Below, one piece after another: positions 7,331-15,140 of a stretch of DNA of 24,000 nt; positions within the stretch are counted from its first letter, which is position 1, and the number at the start of each line of letters is the position of its first letter. Source of the DNA: Eubacterium sp. AF22-8LB. Its GTDB lineage: Bacteria; Bacillota_I; Bacilli_A; Erysipelotrichales; Erysipelotrichaceae. A program made the position numbers and the translations under genes. The notes beneath the pieces were generated by a model. It was not told the origin of the DNA and ran no database searches. It saw only the letters and a list, made by a program, of their open reading frames with translations. The stretch lies in NCBI RefSeq assembly GCF_003458715.1, contig NZ_QRVI01000001.1, positions 57,997 to 81,996 on the forward strand, in the 5' to 3' direction.

Positions 7331-8698
7331 TTAAACTGGAATAAACAACACTTTATTATAGCCCCCACAAATCATGCCCAATGACGCACCCTTAGAATTG
7401 GATAAATTATAGTCTTTGATCATGACTTTTTTACATGCCCTCGCATCTAATATAGCTTCATATTCCACTTTTCCTCCACCTATTGTGTCAATAATTCCAT
7501 CTTTATACACGAGCATCATACTTCCAACACCTCTTGGTGCCGAGCCTTTTTTCTCAATAATAATGCATAATGTTCCGTGAACATTGGATTCCAACAATTC
7601 TTTAGAAACACTCGAGCTAAACTTCGCATTCTTGATTTCAATCAATTGAGCCAAAATACTAATCGATATTTCAGCTGGCGTCTGTGCCCTGATATCTAAA
7701 CCAATAGGTGCATGTACTTGGGATATTTTTTCTTTTGAATAGCCTTCTTCAATCAAAGCATCAAAAGTTTTTTTCACTTTCCCTTTACTGCCAATCATCC
7801 CTAAATATAAATGAGGTCGCCAAAGAACCTTTTCTAAACATAGACGATCATCCTTATGACCTCGAGTTACAATCACATAACATGTATTGTCTTCATTTGG
7901 CAATATTGAATCCATTTGATTATATTCCATACAATGAATTTCATTTGCGGTTGGAAAACACTCCTTATTCGCAAACTCTATGCGATTATCAATTACGATT
8001 GTATACAGTTCTAGAATACTGGCCATCTTGGCTAAATACTGACTTACATGCCCACACCCCAAAATCACCAGCTTAGGTTGTGTTTTAAACCAATCTTCAC
8101 AAATGCAATCCACATCTATATCTTCTTCTAACAATGTTTTTAGACAACGCGTATATAGATTCGAATCCCCATTCACATGAATTTTAACAGGTTTATCTAG
8201 CTTCTTTAAATACACACGAATCAAATCCTGCATAATTTTAGGTGTAACCAATTCATTCGGATCAATATCCATTAACGTATATCGATGTATCACATTCTTT
8301 ACAGGATTACCCAATCCTTTCAGATTGGAAATCAATACAATTTCATCCGAATCTAAATCAATGACAGGTTCCTTTTCATTCGGATATTTTAAAGGTAAAT
8401 GTTTAGAACCATCCGCTTCTATCAAAATCACATCCACCATTTTTTTAAGTTGATTCAACAAGTTCAAATCTAAGGCACAAATTTTTTTATCATCACACAA
8501 ATTTCCCGCATGACAATACCCATACTTTTCAATTTGATGCATTATTTCATCCAAACTAGGATTGACTAAAGTATCCTCTTCTATCAACATATGTGTCGTT
8601 GTACACATTAATACTGTTTTTCCCTGTGATACATATTTATCTTTTAATTCATGGATATATGTTGTTTTTCCACCTGAACCAATAACACTAATAATCAT
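7331..8698 (-). CDS. Fusion protein: YqeC-family selenium cofactor biosynthesis P-loop protein (N-terminal about 210 aa) joined to an XdhC-family Moco-insertion chaperone module
   Basis: YqeC motifs: ISVIGSGGKTT, CTTTHM, ILIEADGSKHLPLKYPNEKEPVI. XdhC Rossmann part: LVILGCGHVSQYLAKMA...GMIGSKGKV...HAPIGLDIRAQTPAEISISILAQLIE. XdhC_CoxI-like part at the extreme C-terminus: KKGSAPRGVGSMMLVYKDGIIDTIGGGKVE...MICGG. Start set at the ATG at 8698 (SD GGGAGA 6 nt upstream) rather than the GTG at 8719. Confidence 0.8.
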   Translation of the reverse strand: MIISVIGSGGKTTYIHELKDKYVSQGKTVLMCTTTHMLIEEDTLVNPSLDEIMHQIEKYGYCHAGNLCDDKKICALDLNLLNQLKKMVDVILIEADGSKHLPLKYPNEKEPVIDLDSDEIVLISNLKGLGNPVKNVIHRYTLMDIDPNELVTPKIMQDLIRVYLKKLDKPVKIHVNGDSNLYTRCLKTLLEEDIDVDCICEDWFKTQPKLVILGCGHVSQYLAKMASILELYTIVIDNRIEFANKECFPTANEIHCMEYNQMDSILPNEDNTCYVIVTRGHKDDRLCLEKVLWRPHLYLGMIGSKGKVKKTFDALIEEGYSKEKISQVHAPIGLDIRAQTPAEISISILAQLIEIKNAKFSSSVSKELLESNVHGTLCIIIEKKGSAPRGVGSMMLVYKDGIIDTIGGGKVEYEAILDARACKKVMIKDYNLSNSKGASLGMICGGYNKVLFIPV

Positions 8699-9779
8699 TT
8701 GAAATCTCCCGAATCGCACAAATTGCTAAATCTATATCTTCAATTGAATTTTGAAAAGATAATGATAAGCGAACTATTCCCTTTTCTTCTGTTTTTAAAT
8801 GTTTATGCATAAGTGGTGCACAATGCGCACCACAACGCGTTATAATACCATACTTATAATTCAGTACATCACTCACATAAGCACTATCTTTATGTGGAAT
8901 ATTGAATGCCACAATCGAAGTAGAATTTTGTAAAGACGAATAAAATTCTACATATCCTTCTAAACCTGAATATAGTCTTTCTAATAAAAAACGTTCCTTT
9001 TCAATAATCTCTTTTTGATGCGAAGCAACATATTGAACACCTGCATTTAAAGCCGCAATTCCAACTAAATTCTGTGTTCCCGCCTCTAAATGCTCTGGAT
9101 ATGCATGGGGCATTTCTTGACTAAAAGAATCTATACCCGTTCCACCAGAAATCAAAGGTTTTACTTCAATGTCTTTTACACAAAAACCACCAATACCACC
9201 GATACCTAAAAGGCCTTTGTGTCCACTAAAACATAAGATATCTATGTTTTCTATAGACACAGGAATATGTCCTGCACTCTGTGCTGCATCTACCATCAAT
9301 AACACACCATGTTCTTTACAATAGTGTCCAATTTCTTGCACATCAAAAATTTCTCCAGTCACATTTGAACTGTGAGTCATAACAACCATTCGTGTATTTA
9401 GCTGAAATTGATTTTTAATATCCTCTAGATAAGGCGAACAAATTGTTAGTGAAATGAACCCCTTCTTTTCTAACTCATATAAAGGGCGAAGAACACTATT
9501 ATGCTCTGCATACGTCGTGATCACATGATCCTTTTCTTTTAAGATTCCTTTGATGCATGTATTTAAGCTTTCCGTATTTCCACTATTCAATATCACACGA
9601 TGAAAATCTGGTATTTGAAAAAAATTAGCCACGTTTTTTCGTGTTTGAAAAATCAAACGCGAAGCATCCATATTCGCACTGCGATTGGCATTTCCAGCTA
9701 CCTCCATAGCTTCTATGACAGCTTGCTTCACAGTATCAATTTTAGGAAAACTCGTTGCTGCCTGATCAAGATAAACCAT
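8688..9779 (-). CDS. Class V aminotransferase: NifS-like cysteine desulfurase / selenocysteine lyase (short EF2568-type subfamily)
   Basis: YLDQAATSFP N-terminus, PLP lysine in FSGHKGLLG and active-site Cys in RCGAHCAP. The 363-aa length with a short N-terminus fits the clade linked to the E. faecalis SelD/YqeB/YqeC cluster. Confidence 0.8.
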   Translation of the reverse strand: MVYLDQAATSFPKIDTVKQAVIEAMEVAGNANRSANMDASRLIFQTRKNVANFFQIPDFHRVILNSGNTESLNTCIKGILKEKDHVITTYAEHNSVLRPLYELEKKGFISLTICSPYLEDIKNQFQLNTRMVVMTHSSNVTGEIFDVQEIGHYCKEHGVLLMVDAAQSAGHIPVSIENIDILCFSGHKGLLGIGGIGGFCVKDIEVKPLISGGTGIDSFSQEMPHAYPEHLEAGTQNLVGIAALNAGVQYVASHQKEIIEKERFLLERLYSGLEGYVEFYSSLQNSTSIVAFNIPHKDSAYVSDVLNYKYGIITRCGAHCAPLMHKHLKTEEKGIVRLSLSFQNSIEDIDLAICAIREISNDY

Positions 9780-10557
9780 GCAATATAGCCTCCAAGACGC
9801 CTCCTGCTATGCAGCGTGCTTTATCTGAAATCGTAAAACAATTCTGATATTCACCGATTCTTGGATCAATATCTGCCATTTTAAAGCCTGTCGTTACATA
9901 ATATCCATCTTGAATCAAGCCCCGAAGTAGCCCTGACATGCTCGCATAAACAGGTGTCTTGTCTACATACGCAATAATTTCATTCTTTTCCACAATATCT
10001 GTAATCTTTTTTACATTGTGACAAGCACCCTCACAAGGCGAATGAATCACTCTTTCTTTAGAATATCCCTTAATATTTCCAGGTACACCCGTATTTGGCA
10101 ATGCGCAACCATCGTAAATCAATCTTCCTAAATTATGTCCACGCATTGTTTCCACAACAACATGTACATCTTTGCCCGCACAAAAACCTGGGCCAAGACC
10201 AATTGTAATAGGCGCCATATCCATTGTTGTTCCTAAATTCTTTTTAGCTAGAATCGCATCCACTAAGGCCACATGTTCTATTTTCAAAATCATTTCTCCA
10301 TTTGGATCCACCATCATTGCCACTTGATTCTTTGACATGACTTCTTTTGCTTCTTCAATTGTAGAAACTAAAATACACGTCATATCTTCAACAGAAAATT
10401 CACCTTCATATACAGCTTGGCAAAAAGCAACATTTCTTCGTATCGCGCTTGGCTTTTCGACTTCTAACACCAAGACTTGAAATCCACTCTTCACAAGCTT
10501 ATAGATTGTTCCTGTCGCAATGTCTCCTCCACCACGCACAATTACACATTTATCCAT
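9766..10557 (-). CDS. yqeB: Selenium-dependent molybdenum hydroxylase system protein, YqeB (EF2563) family
   Basis: 263 aa. N-terminus VIVRGGGDIATGTIYKLVKSGFQVLVLEVEKPSAIRRNVAFCQAVYEG is characteristic of this family as I recall it. Confidence 0.75.
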   Translation of the reverse strand: MDKCVIVRGGGDIATGTIYKLVKSGFQVLVLEVEKPSAIRRNVAFCQAVYEGEFSVEDMTCILVSTIEEAKEVMSKNQVAMMVDPNGEMILKIEHVALVDAILAKKNLGTTMDMAPITIGLGPGFCAGKDVHVVVETMRGHNLGRLIYDGCALPNTGVPGNIKGYSKERVIHSPCEGACHNVKKITDIVEKNEIIAYVDKTPVYASMSGLLRGLIQDGYYVTTGFKMADIDPRIGEYQNCFTISDKARCIAGGVLEAILHGLS

Positions 10558-10562
10558 AATCC

Positions 10563-11156
10563 TTACGGCTTGATAATTTTATCAGCCTTCTCCATTCTCT
10601 CTACAATATCATACATATTTGTGACAGATCCTACTTGTAACTCTTCTTTTAAGTGGAAGAAATCCAAACAAGTTCCGCAACTTACAATTTCAACTCCATT
10701 TGATTCCAAATATTTCAAATCCTCTAAAGTCTCATTCTTTGTTGTTGTGATTTTTACACCCTCATTATAAAAAATCATTTCATCTGGTAAAGCATCCTGC
10801 TTTGTCAAAGAAAAGATGAATGATTTCATTAATAAAGTGCCTAATTCCGGGTTTGATCCCATCACATTGCTTGCGCAAACCACTACCATTTTAGGTTTAG
10901 CACAACTACAATCTGCATATGTGTATTCCACTTCAAAATCAGCCTCTTCATCACCCTTTGAAATTTCAACAATATAATCCTTGCCCTCTTGTTTTGAACT
11001 TACCGAATAGTTCTTCACCTTCGCAAATTTAGTTAAGTTTTCAACCGCAATTTCATTATCTACAATTGTTGAAACTACATTCTCCTCTTTCAAAGCATCC
11101 TTGGTTTTTACGACTGGAAGTGGACACTCCAATCCTCTACAATCTAAAGTTTTCAT
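10563..11156 (-). CDS. yedF: YedF-type selenium metabolism protein (TusA/SirA-like N-domain fused to a DsrE-like C-domain)
   Basis: 197 aa. CPxP sulfur-carrier motif in LDCRGLECPLPVVKTK. The C-terminal domain has GSNPELGTLLMKSF...FYNEGVKI...SCGTCLDFF...NMYDIVE. Confidence 0.8.
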   Translation of the reverse strand: MKTLDCRGLECPLPVVKTKDALKEENVVSTIVDNEIAVENLTKFAKVKNYSVSSKQEGKDYIVEISKGDEEADFEVEYTYADCSCAKPKMVVVCASNVMGSNPELGTLLMKSFIFSLTKQDALPDEMIFYNEGVKITTTKNETLEDLKYLESNGVEIVSCGTCLDFFHLKEELQVGSVTNMYDIVERMEKADKIIKP

Positions 11157-11160
11157 CTCT

Positions 11161-12177
11161 CTACCTCACATATACATTATATTCATTTTTATCAATAACT
11201 TCACCCACAACATATAGCTCGAGATTGTTTTCTATAAAATTCTTTTTTATATCCATCAAATCTTCTTTAGATACACTTGCCAACAATCCACCACTGGTTT
11301 GTGGATCAAATAAAATCTCTTCCGTAAAGAAATCACAATCAAAATAAATCTTACCCTCTACGCTGTTTCGATTCGTCTGTGCAGCCCCACTCAAATAGAA
11401 CTCTTCCACATATCTTTTACAATCATCAAAACAAGGAATCGAATCCTTGTAAATTATGGCACTGTTCTTGTCATCTAACATTTCATTTAAATGTACTAAT
11501 AGTCCAAAACCAGTCACATCCGTTAAAGCATGCACATCATACTTTTTTAAAGCATCACACGCATACTTATTTAGCGTAGTCATGCTTTTAAAGACACGCT
11601 GCTGCATACTTTCTGAACAATCGTCCATGCGCAAAGCATTTAAAGTTAATCCTACTCCAAGTGGCTTTGTCAAAATTAAGACGTCTCCACTTTCAGTCCC
11701 ATTATTTTTCTTTACGTCTTTCGGATTTACTAATCCTGTTACACTCAAGCCATATTTAATTGAATCATCACGAATAGAGTGGCCTCCTGCCAACGCACAC
11801 CCAGCTTCAACCAGCTTAGAATTTCCTCCCTCAATGATTTTACCTAAAATATTCAAATCCTCATTATCCGGAAAACACACAATATTTAAAGCTGTTTTAG
11901 GCGTACCATTCATCGCATAAATATCGCTCAATGCATTCGTTGCCGCAATCTGGCCATATAGATATGGATCTTCTACCATAGGTGGAAAGAAATCCAACGT
12001 GGATACAAAGGCATGACTTTCATCAATTTGATACACAGCTGCATCATCCCTAGAATCAAAGCCAACCAACACATTATCATTTTTATAAGAATCAATTTTT
12101 TCTAAAATGTGGCTTAATTTTTTAGCCCCTAATTTAGCACTACATCCACCACTCTTACAATATATTTTCTCATTCAT
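11161..12177 (-). CDS. selD: Selenide, water dikinase (selenophosphate synthetase), Cys-type
   Basis: N-terminal glycine-rich loop SGGCSAKLG, with the catalytic position encoded by TGT (Cys, not a TGA Sec codon). AIR-synthase-like fold motifs: DDAAVY, LDFFPPMVEDPY, ALSDIYAMNG, GGHSIRD, TDVTGFGL. 338 aa. Confidence 0.9.
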   Translation of the reverse strand: MNEKIYCKSGGCSAKLGAKKLSHILEKIDSYKNDNVLVGFDSRDDAAVYQIDESHAFVSTLDFFPPMVEDPYLYGQIAATNALSDIYAMNGTPKTALNIVCFPDNEDLNILGKIIEGGNSKLVEAGCALAGGHSIRDDSIKYGLSVTGLVNPKDVKKNNGTESGDVLILTKPLGVGLTLNALRMDDCSESMQQRVFKSMTTLNKYACDALKKYDVHALTDVTGFGLLVHLNEMLDDKNSAIIYKDSIPCFDDCKRYVEEFYLSGAAQTNRNSVEGKIYFDCDFFTEEILFDPQTSGGLLASVSKEDLMDIKKNFIENNLELYVVGEVIDKNEYNVYVR

Positions 12178-12398
12178 TAAAAATTCACCCTAACTATATC
12201 CTCATATGAAATGTTATTTTCCTCTAAAAAAACTCTCCACTTTTCAATATTTAGATCCTTAGACATAAAACACATACCACATCCAGCTTTAACACAGCTT
12301 GGAACAGGAATCATACGTCCATTCTTTGTGATGCTTTCTAGTTCTAATACATCTTGAATACTCTTAAAAGTAATAATCAACACTTTTTCTTTATTCAT
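12177..12398 (-). CDS. DUF3343 (putative Se/S carrier-like) small protein
   Basis: 73-75 aa. Pattern VLIITFKSIQDVLELESIT...RMIPVPSCVKAGCGMCF. Its stop overlaps the selD ATG by 1 nt (TAATG). I prefer the ATG at 12398; the TTG at 12404 is also possible. Confidence 0.65.
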   Translation of the reverse strand: MNKEKVLIITFKSIQDVLELESITKNGRMIPVPSCVKAGCGMCFMSKDLNIEKWRVFLEENNISYEDIVRVNF

Positions 12399-12723
12399 TT
12401 TCAAATATTTCCTTAAACACTTCGTCCGTATACATATCCACTTTTTCTTTGAATACTTTATATTTATGAACCAATATTTTCCCTTCCGGTGTTAAAAAAG
12501 AACCACCACCATGATTTCCTCCACTTATCGTATGAACTAGCTCATAGCCTAAATCCTCTTCAGCTCTTTTAATGATTTTCCAAGCCTTTGAATTTGACAT
12601 TCCCATTTCTTTATAGGCCCTCGATAAAGAGCCATATTGATCGCATAAGTCTAAGAGTTCGACAACGCCTTTGCCAAAATCCATTTCTTGGTTGCCAATT
12701 TGAATCTTTAATTTATATCTCAT
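12391..12723 (-). CDS. ModE N-terminal-domain-like winged-HTH protein (no Mop/TOBE molybdate-binding domains)
   Basis: GKGVVELLDLCDQYGSLSRAYKEMGMSNSKAWKIIKRAEEDLGYELVHTISGGNHGGGSFLTPEGK matches the ModE/LysR-type N-terminal domain. Start set to the ATG at 12723, which overlaps the upstream stop as ATGA. Confidence 0.65.
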   Translation of the reverse strand: MRYKLKIQIGNQEMDFGKGVVELLDLCDQYGSLSRAYKEMGMSNSKAWKIIKRAEEDLGYELVHTISGGNHGGGSFLTPEGKILVHKYKVFKEKVDMYTDEVFKEIFENE

Positions 12724-13733
12724 TTTCCAAAACCACAATTTGGATATGTGCAAGCCTTACATCCTAAGCACAATCCACCTTCTCCTAAATCACATAACTC
12801 TTCATAGGTAACTACATCTTTTGCGAGTAAACGAGGAAGTATTAAATCAAACACCGTTCTTTTGGCATACATGACACAGCCTGGAAGCCCCACAATTGGT
12901 ACTTCGCCTTTATAGGAAAGTAAAAACATAGCTCCAGGAAGAACAGGCGATCCATAACTAATTATATTGGCTCCGGTATTCTTGATTGCAAGTGGCGTTT
13001 TGTCGTCTGGATCCACACTCATTCCACCTGTACAAAGTACAATATCTACACCTTGTTTTAATGCTTCATTAATTTTTTTGGTCACCATTTTATCATCATC
13101 ATCGCAAATTTCATGATAAACCATTTCACAACCAAACTCAGCTAATTTTTTCTGAATAACGGGTGTAAATGTATCTTTGATTCTTCCCTTATACACTTCA
13201 CTTCCTGTTGTGATCACAGCTGCTTTTTTTAATACAAAAGGCTTAATTTCTAGAATTGGAGAAACAACTAAAGAACGGACTTTCTCCATTTTTTCCTTTT
13301 CAATCACCAAAGGAATAATACGCATACCTGCCAATTTATCTCCAGGATGAACCACCATATTTCCATGTCGAGTCGCAATCATCATTTGTCCAAATGAATT
13401 CACAGTAAACAAAGATTTACGATCCACTTTAAACAAACCATGGATGTCACTTTTTAATTCAATCTTACCCTCTTTGATTTCACCATACGACATATATTCA
13501 TTTTTACACATGTCTAGCAAAACCATAGCTGCATCATTTTCATGCATCATACTCTCGTCATTTTCCCAAACATATAAATTTTCTTTCCCCACCGATAACA
13601 ATAAAGGAATATCTTCTTCTGTCACGATATGACCCTTACGAAAAAGGGCATCTTTTGTGACACCCTTTATAATCTGCGTTATATCATGACAAAGTACATG
13701 CCCTACGGCATCCTCAGTTTTGATTAATTTCAT
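12720..13733 (-). CDS. MoeA-like molybdopterin-binding protein (atypical short form with a Cys-rich C-terminal tail)
   Basis: Central MoCF_biosynth domain: AAVITTGSEVYKGRIKDTF...DIVLCTGGMSVDPDD. The N-terminus is only loosely MoeA_N-like and there is no MoeA_C domain. The tail is CDLGEGGLCLGCKACTYPNCGFGK. Confidence 0.65.
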   Translation of the reverse strand: MKLIKTEDAVGHVLCHDITQIIKGVTKDALFRKGHIVTEEDIPLLLSVGKENLYVWENDESMMHENDAAMVLLDMCKNEYMSYGEIKEGKIELKSDIHGLFKVDRKSLFTVNSFGQMMIATRHGNMVVHPGDKLAGMRIIPLVIEKEKMEKVRSLVVSPILEIKPFVLKKAAVITTGSEVYKGRIKDTFTPVIQKKLAEFGCEMVYHEICDDDDKMVTKKINEALKQGVDIVLCTGGMSVDPDDKTPLAIKNTGANIISYGSPVLPGAMFLLSYKGEVPIVGLPGCVMYAKRTVFDLILPRLLAKDVVTYEELCDLGEGGLCLGCKACTYPNCGFGK

Positions 13734-13734
13734 A

Positions 13735-14511
13735 TTACTCTCCTTTTTTGAATCCGTATTTCTTAAATACTTTTAATGCTTTATCGCTCTTTAAGAATTT
13801 AATTAATGAATCCGCTTCATCTTTGTGCTTTGTACTAGAAACACGACCTACTGGATATAGGACTGGTGTAGCTAATAATGAATTATCGCACTCTGCCACT
13901 ACTTCTACTTTATCACTACTTGCCGCATCTGTCGCGTAAACCAAACCAACTTCTGCATTTCCTGCTTCAACCTGAGACAATACTTCAGTTACATTTCCAG
14001 CTAAACTTAGACGATCTTGAAGCAAATCCCATACACCTAAATTTGTCAAAGCCTCTTTTGCGTAGCTTCCTGCTGGCACAACCTCTGGATCTCCAATCGC
14101 AATCATAGAAGCAGCACTAATATTGTCAAATCCAGTTACTGTTGTATTGCTGCCTTTTCCTTTGATCAATACTAATTTATTTTCTAATACATTTGAAATA
14201 GAATCCGCATCTACTAAATTTTCATCTTTTAAAGCGTTCATCTGTGTTGTAGCTGCACTAAAGAAAACATCTGCATCTAAACCTTTTTCAATTTGAAGCT
14301 GTAGCTTTCCACTACTATCATACACACCTTCGATTGTCACATTTGAATACTCCTTTTCAAACATAGGAATCAATTCATCTTCAAATGCATTCTCTAAACT
14401 TGCCGCAGCTGCAATTGTTAGTTTTACTTCTTCTTTCGGTTTATTTGAACTACACCCAAATAAACTTGTGGCCATCACTCCAGCCAATAAAATACTTAAA
14501 CCTTTTCTCAT
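13735..14511 (-). CDS. modA: Molybdate ABC transporter substrate-binding lipoprotein
   Basis: Signal peptide with lipobox LFGCSS. ModA-type motifs: TIAAAASL, VYDSSGKL, DVFFSAA, IGDPEVVPAGSYAKEAL, VLYPV. Confidence 0.85.
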   Translation of the reverse strand: MRKGLSILLAGVMATSLFGCSSNKPKEEVKLTIAAAASLENAFEDELIPMFEKEYSNVTIEGVYDSSGKLQLQIEKGLDADVFFSAATTQMNALKDENLVDADSISNVLENKLVLIKGKGSNTTVTGFDNISAASMIAIGDPEVVPAGSYAKEALTNLGVWDLLQDRLSLAGNVTEVLSQVEAGNAEVGLVYATDAASSDKVEVVAECDNSLLATPVLYPVGRVSSTKHKDEADSLIKFLKSDKALKVFKKYGFKKGE

Positions 14512-15140
14512 GTAATTTCTCCGTCTTTAATCTTATATTTTAGATCACACAAATAATTCACTTCTTCCTTATTGTGTGATACAAAAATAACGGGTTTTGA
14601 GATTCGAAGCTCGCTTTTAAGCTCCTTTAATAAATCTTCCTTTAAATCTTCATCCAAAGCACTAAACGGCTCATCGAGCAATAATACATCGGGCTCATAC
14701 GCCATCAAACGAGCTAATGCCACTCTTTGTCTTTGTCCACCTGACAATTGTTTAGGATATCTTGGAGCAAGTTCACTAATTCTAAATTGTTTCATCACTC
14801 TTTTAACAACAAAATCCACATCGTTCACTTTTCTAGCTTTTAATCCCATACTAATATTTTCATATACATTCATATTAGGAAATAAAGCATAGCTTTGAAA
14901 CATATACCCCACGTTGCGTTTTTGAATGGGAATATTGATTTTCTTTTCGGAATCAAATAAAACACGATTATTCAAAGTAATTCGCCCTTTATCTGGTGTT
15001 TCAATACCTGCAATACATTTTAATGTCATACTTTTACCTGAGCCTGAAGCCCCCATAAGGCCTAATATATTGTCTTCTACTTGAAATGAAATATCTAAAT
15101 CAAACTCTGCAAGCTTTTTGTATATTTGTACTTCTAACAT
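14508..15140 (-). CDS. modC: Molybdate ABC transporter ATP-binding protein, minimal NBD (210 aa, no C-terminal TOBE domain)
   Basis: Walker A GASGSGKS, Q-loop, signature LSGGQRQR, Walker B LLLDEP and H-loop VSHN. The protein ends about 20 aa after the H-loop. Confidence 0.8.
   Translation of the reverse strand: MLEVQIYKKLAEFDLDISFQVEDNILGLMGASGSGKSMTLKCIAGIETPDKGRITLNNRVLFDSEKKINIPIQKRNVGYMFQSYALFPNMNVYENISMGLKARKVNDVDFVVKRVMKQFRISELAPRYPKQLSGGQRQRVALARLMAYEPDVLLLDEPFSALDEDLKEDLLKELKSELRISKPVIFVSHNKEEVNYLCDLKYKIKDGEIT

Noticed and set aside
7708-8076. 122-aa plus-strand ORF antisense to the YqeC::XdhC gene. Similar antisense ORFs occur at 6778-7044, 9600-9788, 10477-10770, 13444-13632, 13748-14108, 14572-14892, 16037-16393, 16791-17250 and 17840-18055.
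   Set aside because: All are nested antisense to well-supported genes, have no recognisable motifs or SD sequences, and would break the tight operon architecture.
11456-11920. 154-aa plus-strand ORF (and 11379-11579, 11066-11347) antisense to selD/yedF
   Set aside because: These ORFs lie entirely inside genes whose minus-strand products show full-length family motifs. Their translations are low-complexity (S/F/L/K/T-rich), as expected for the antisense frame of AT-rich coding DNA. No RBS is present.
10563-12177. Selenocysteine (UGA) recoding in selD or yedF
   Set aside because: Both ORFs are uninterrupted. The SelD catalytic-loop residue is encoded by TGT, and the YedF CPxP residue is translated as Cys in the uninterrupted ORF. 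There is no in-frame TGA and no truncated ORF needing read-through anywhere in the operon.
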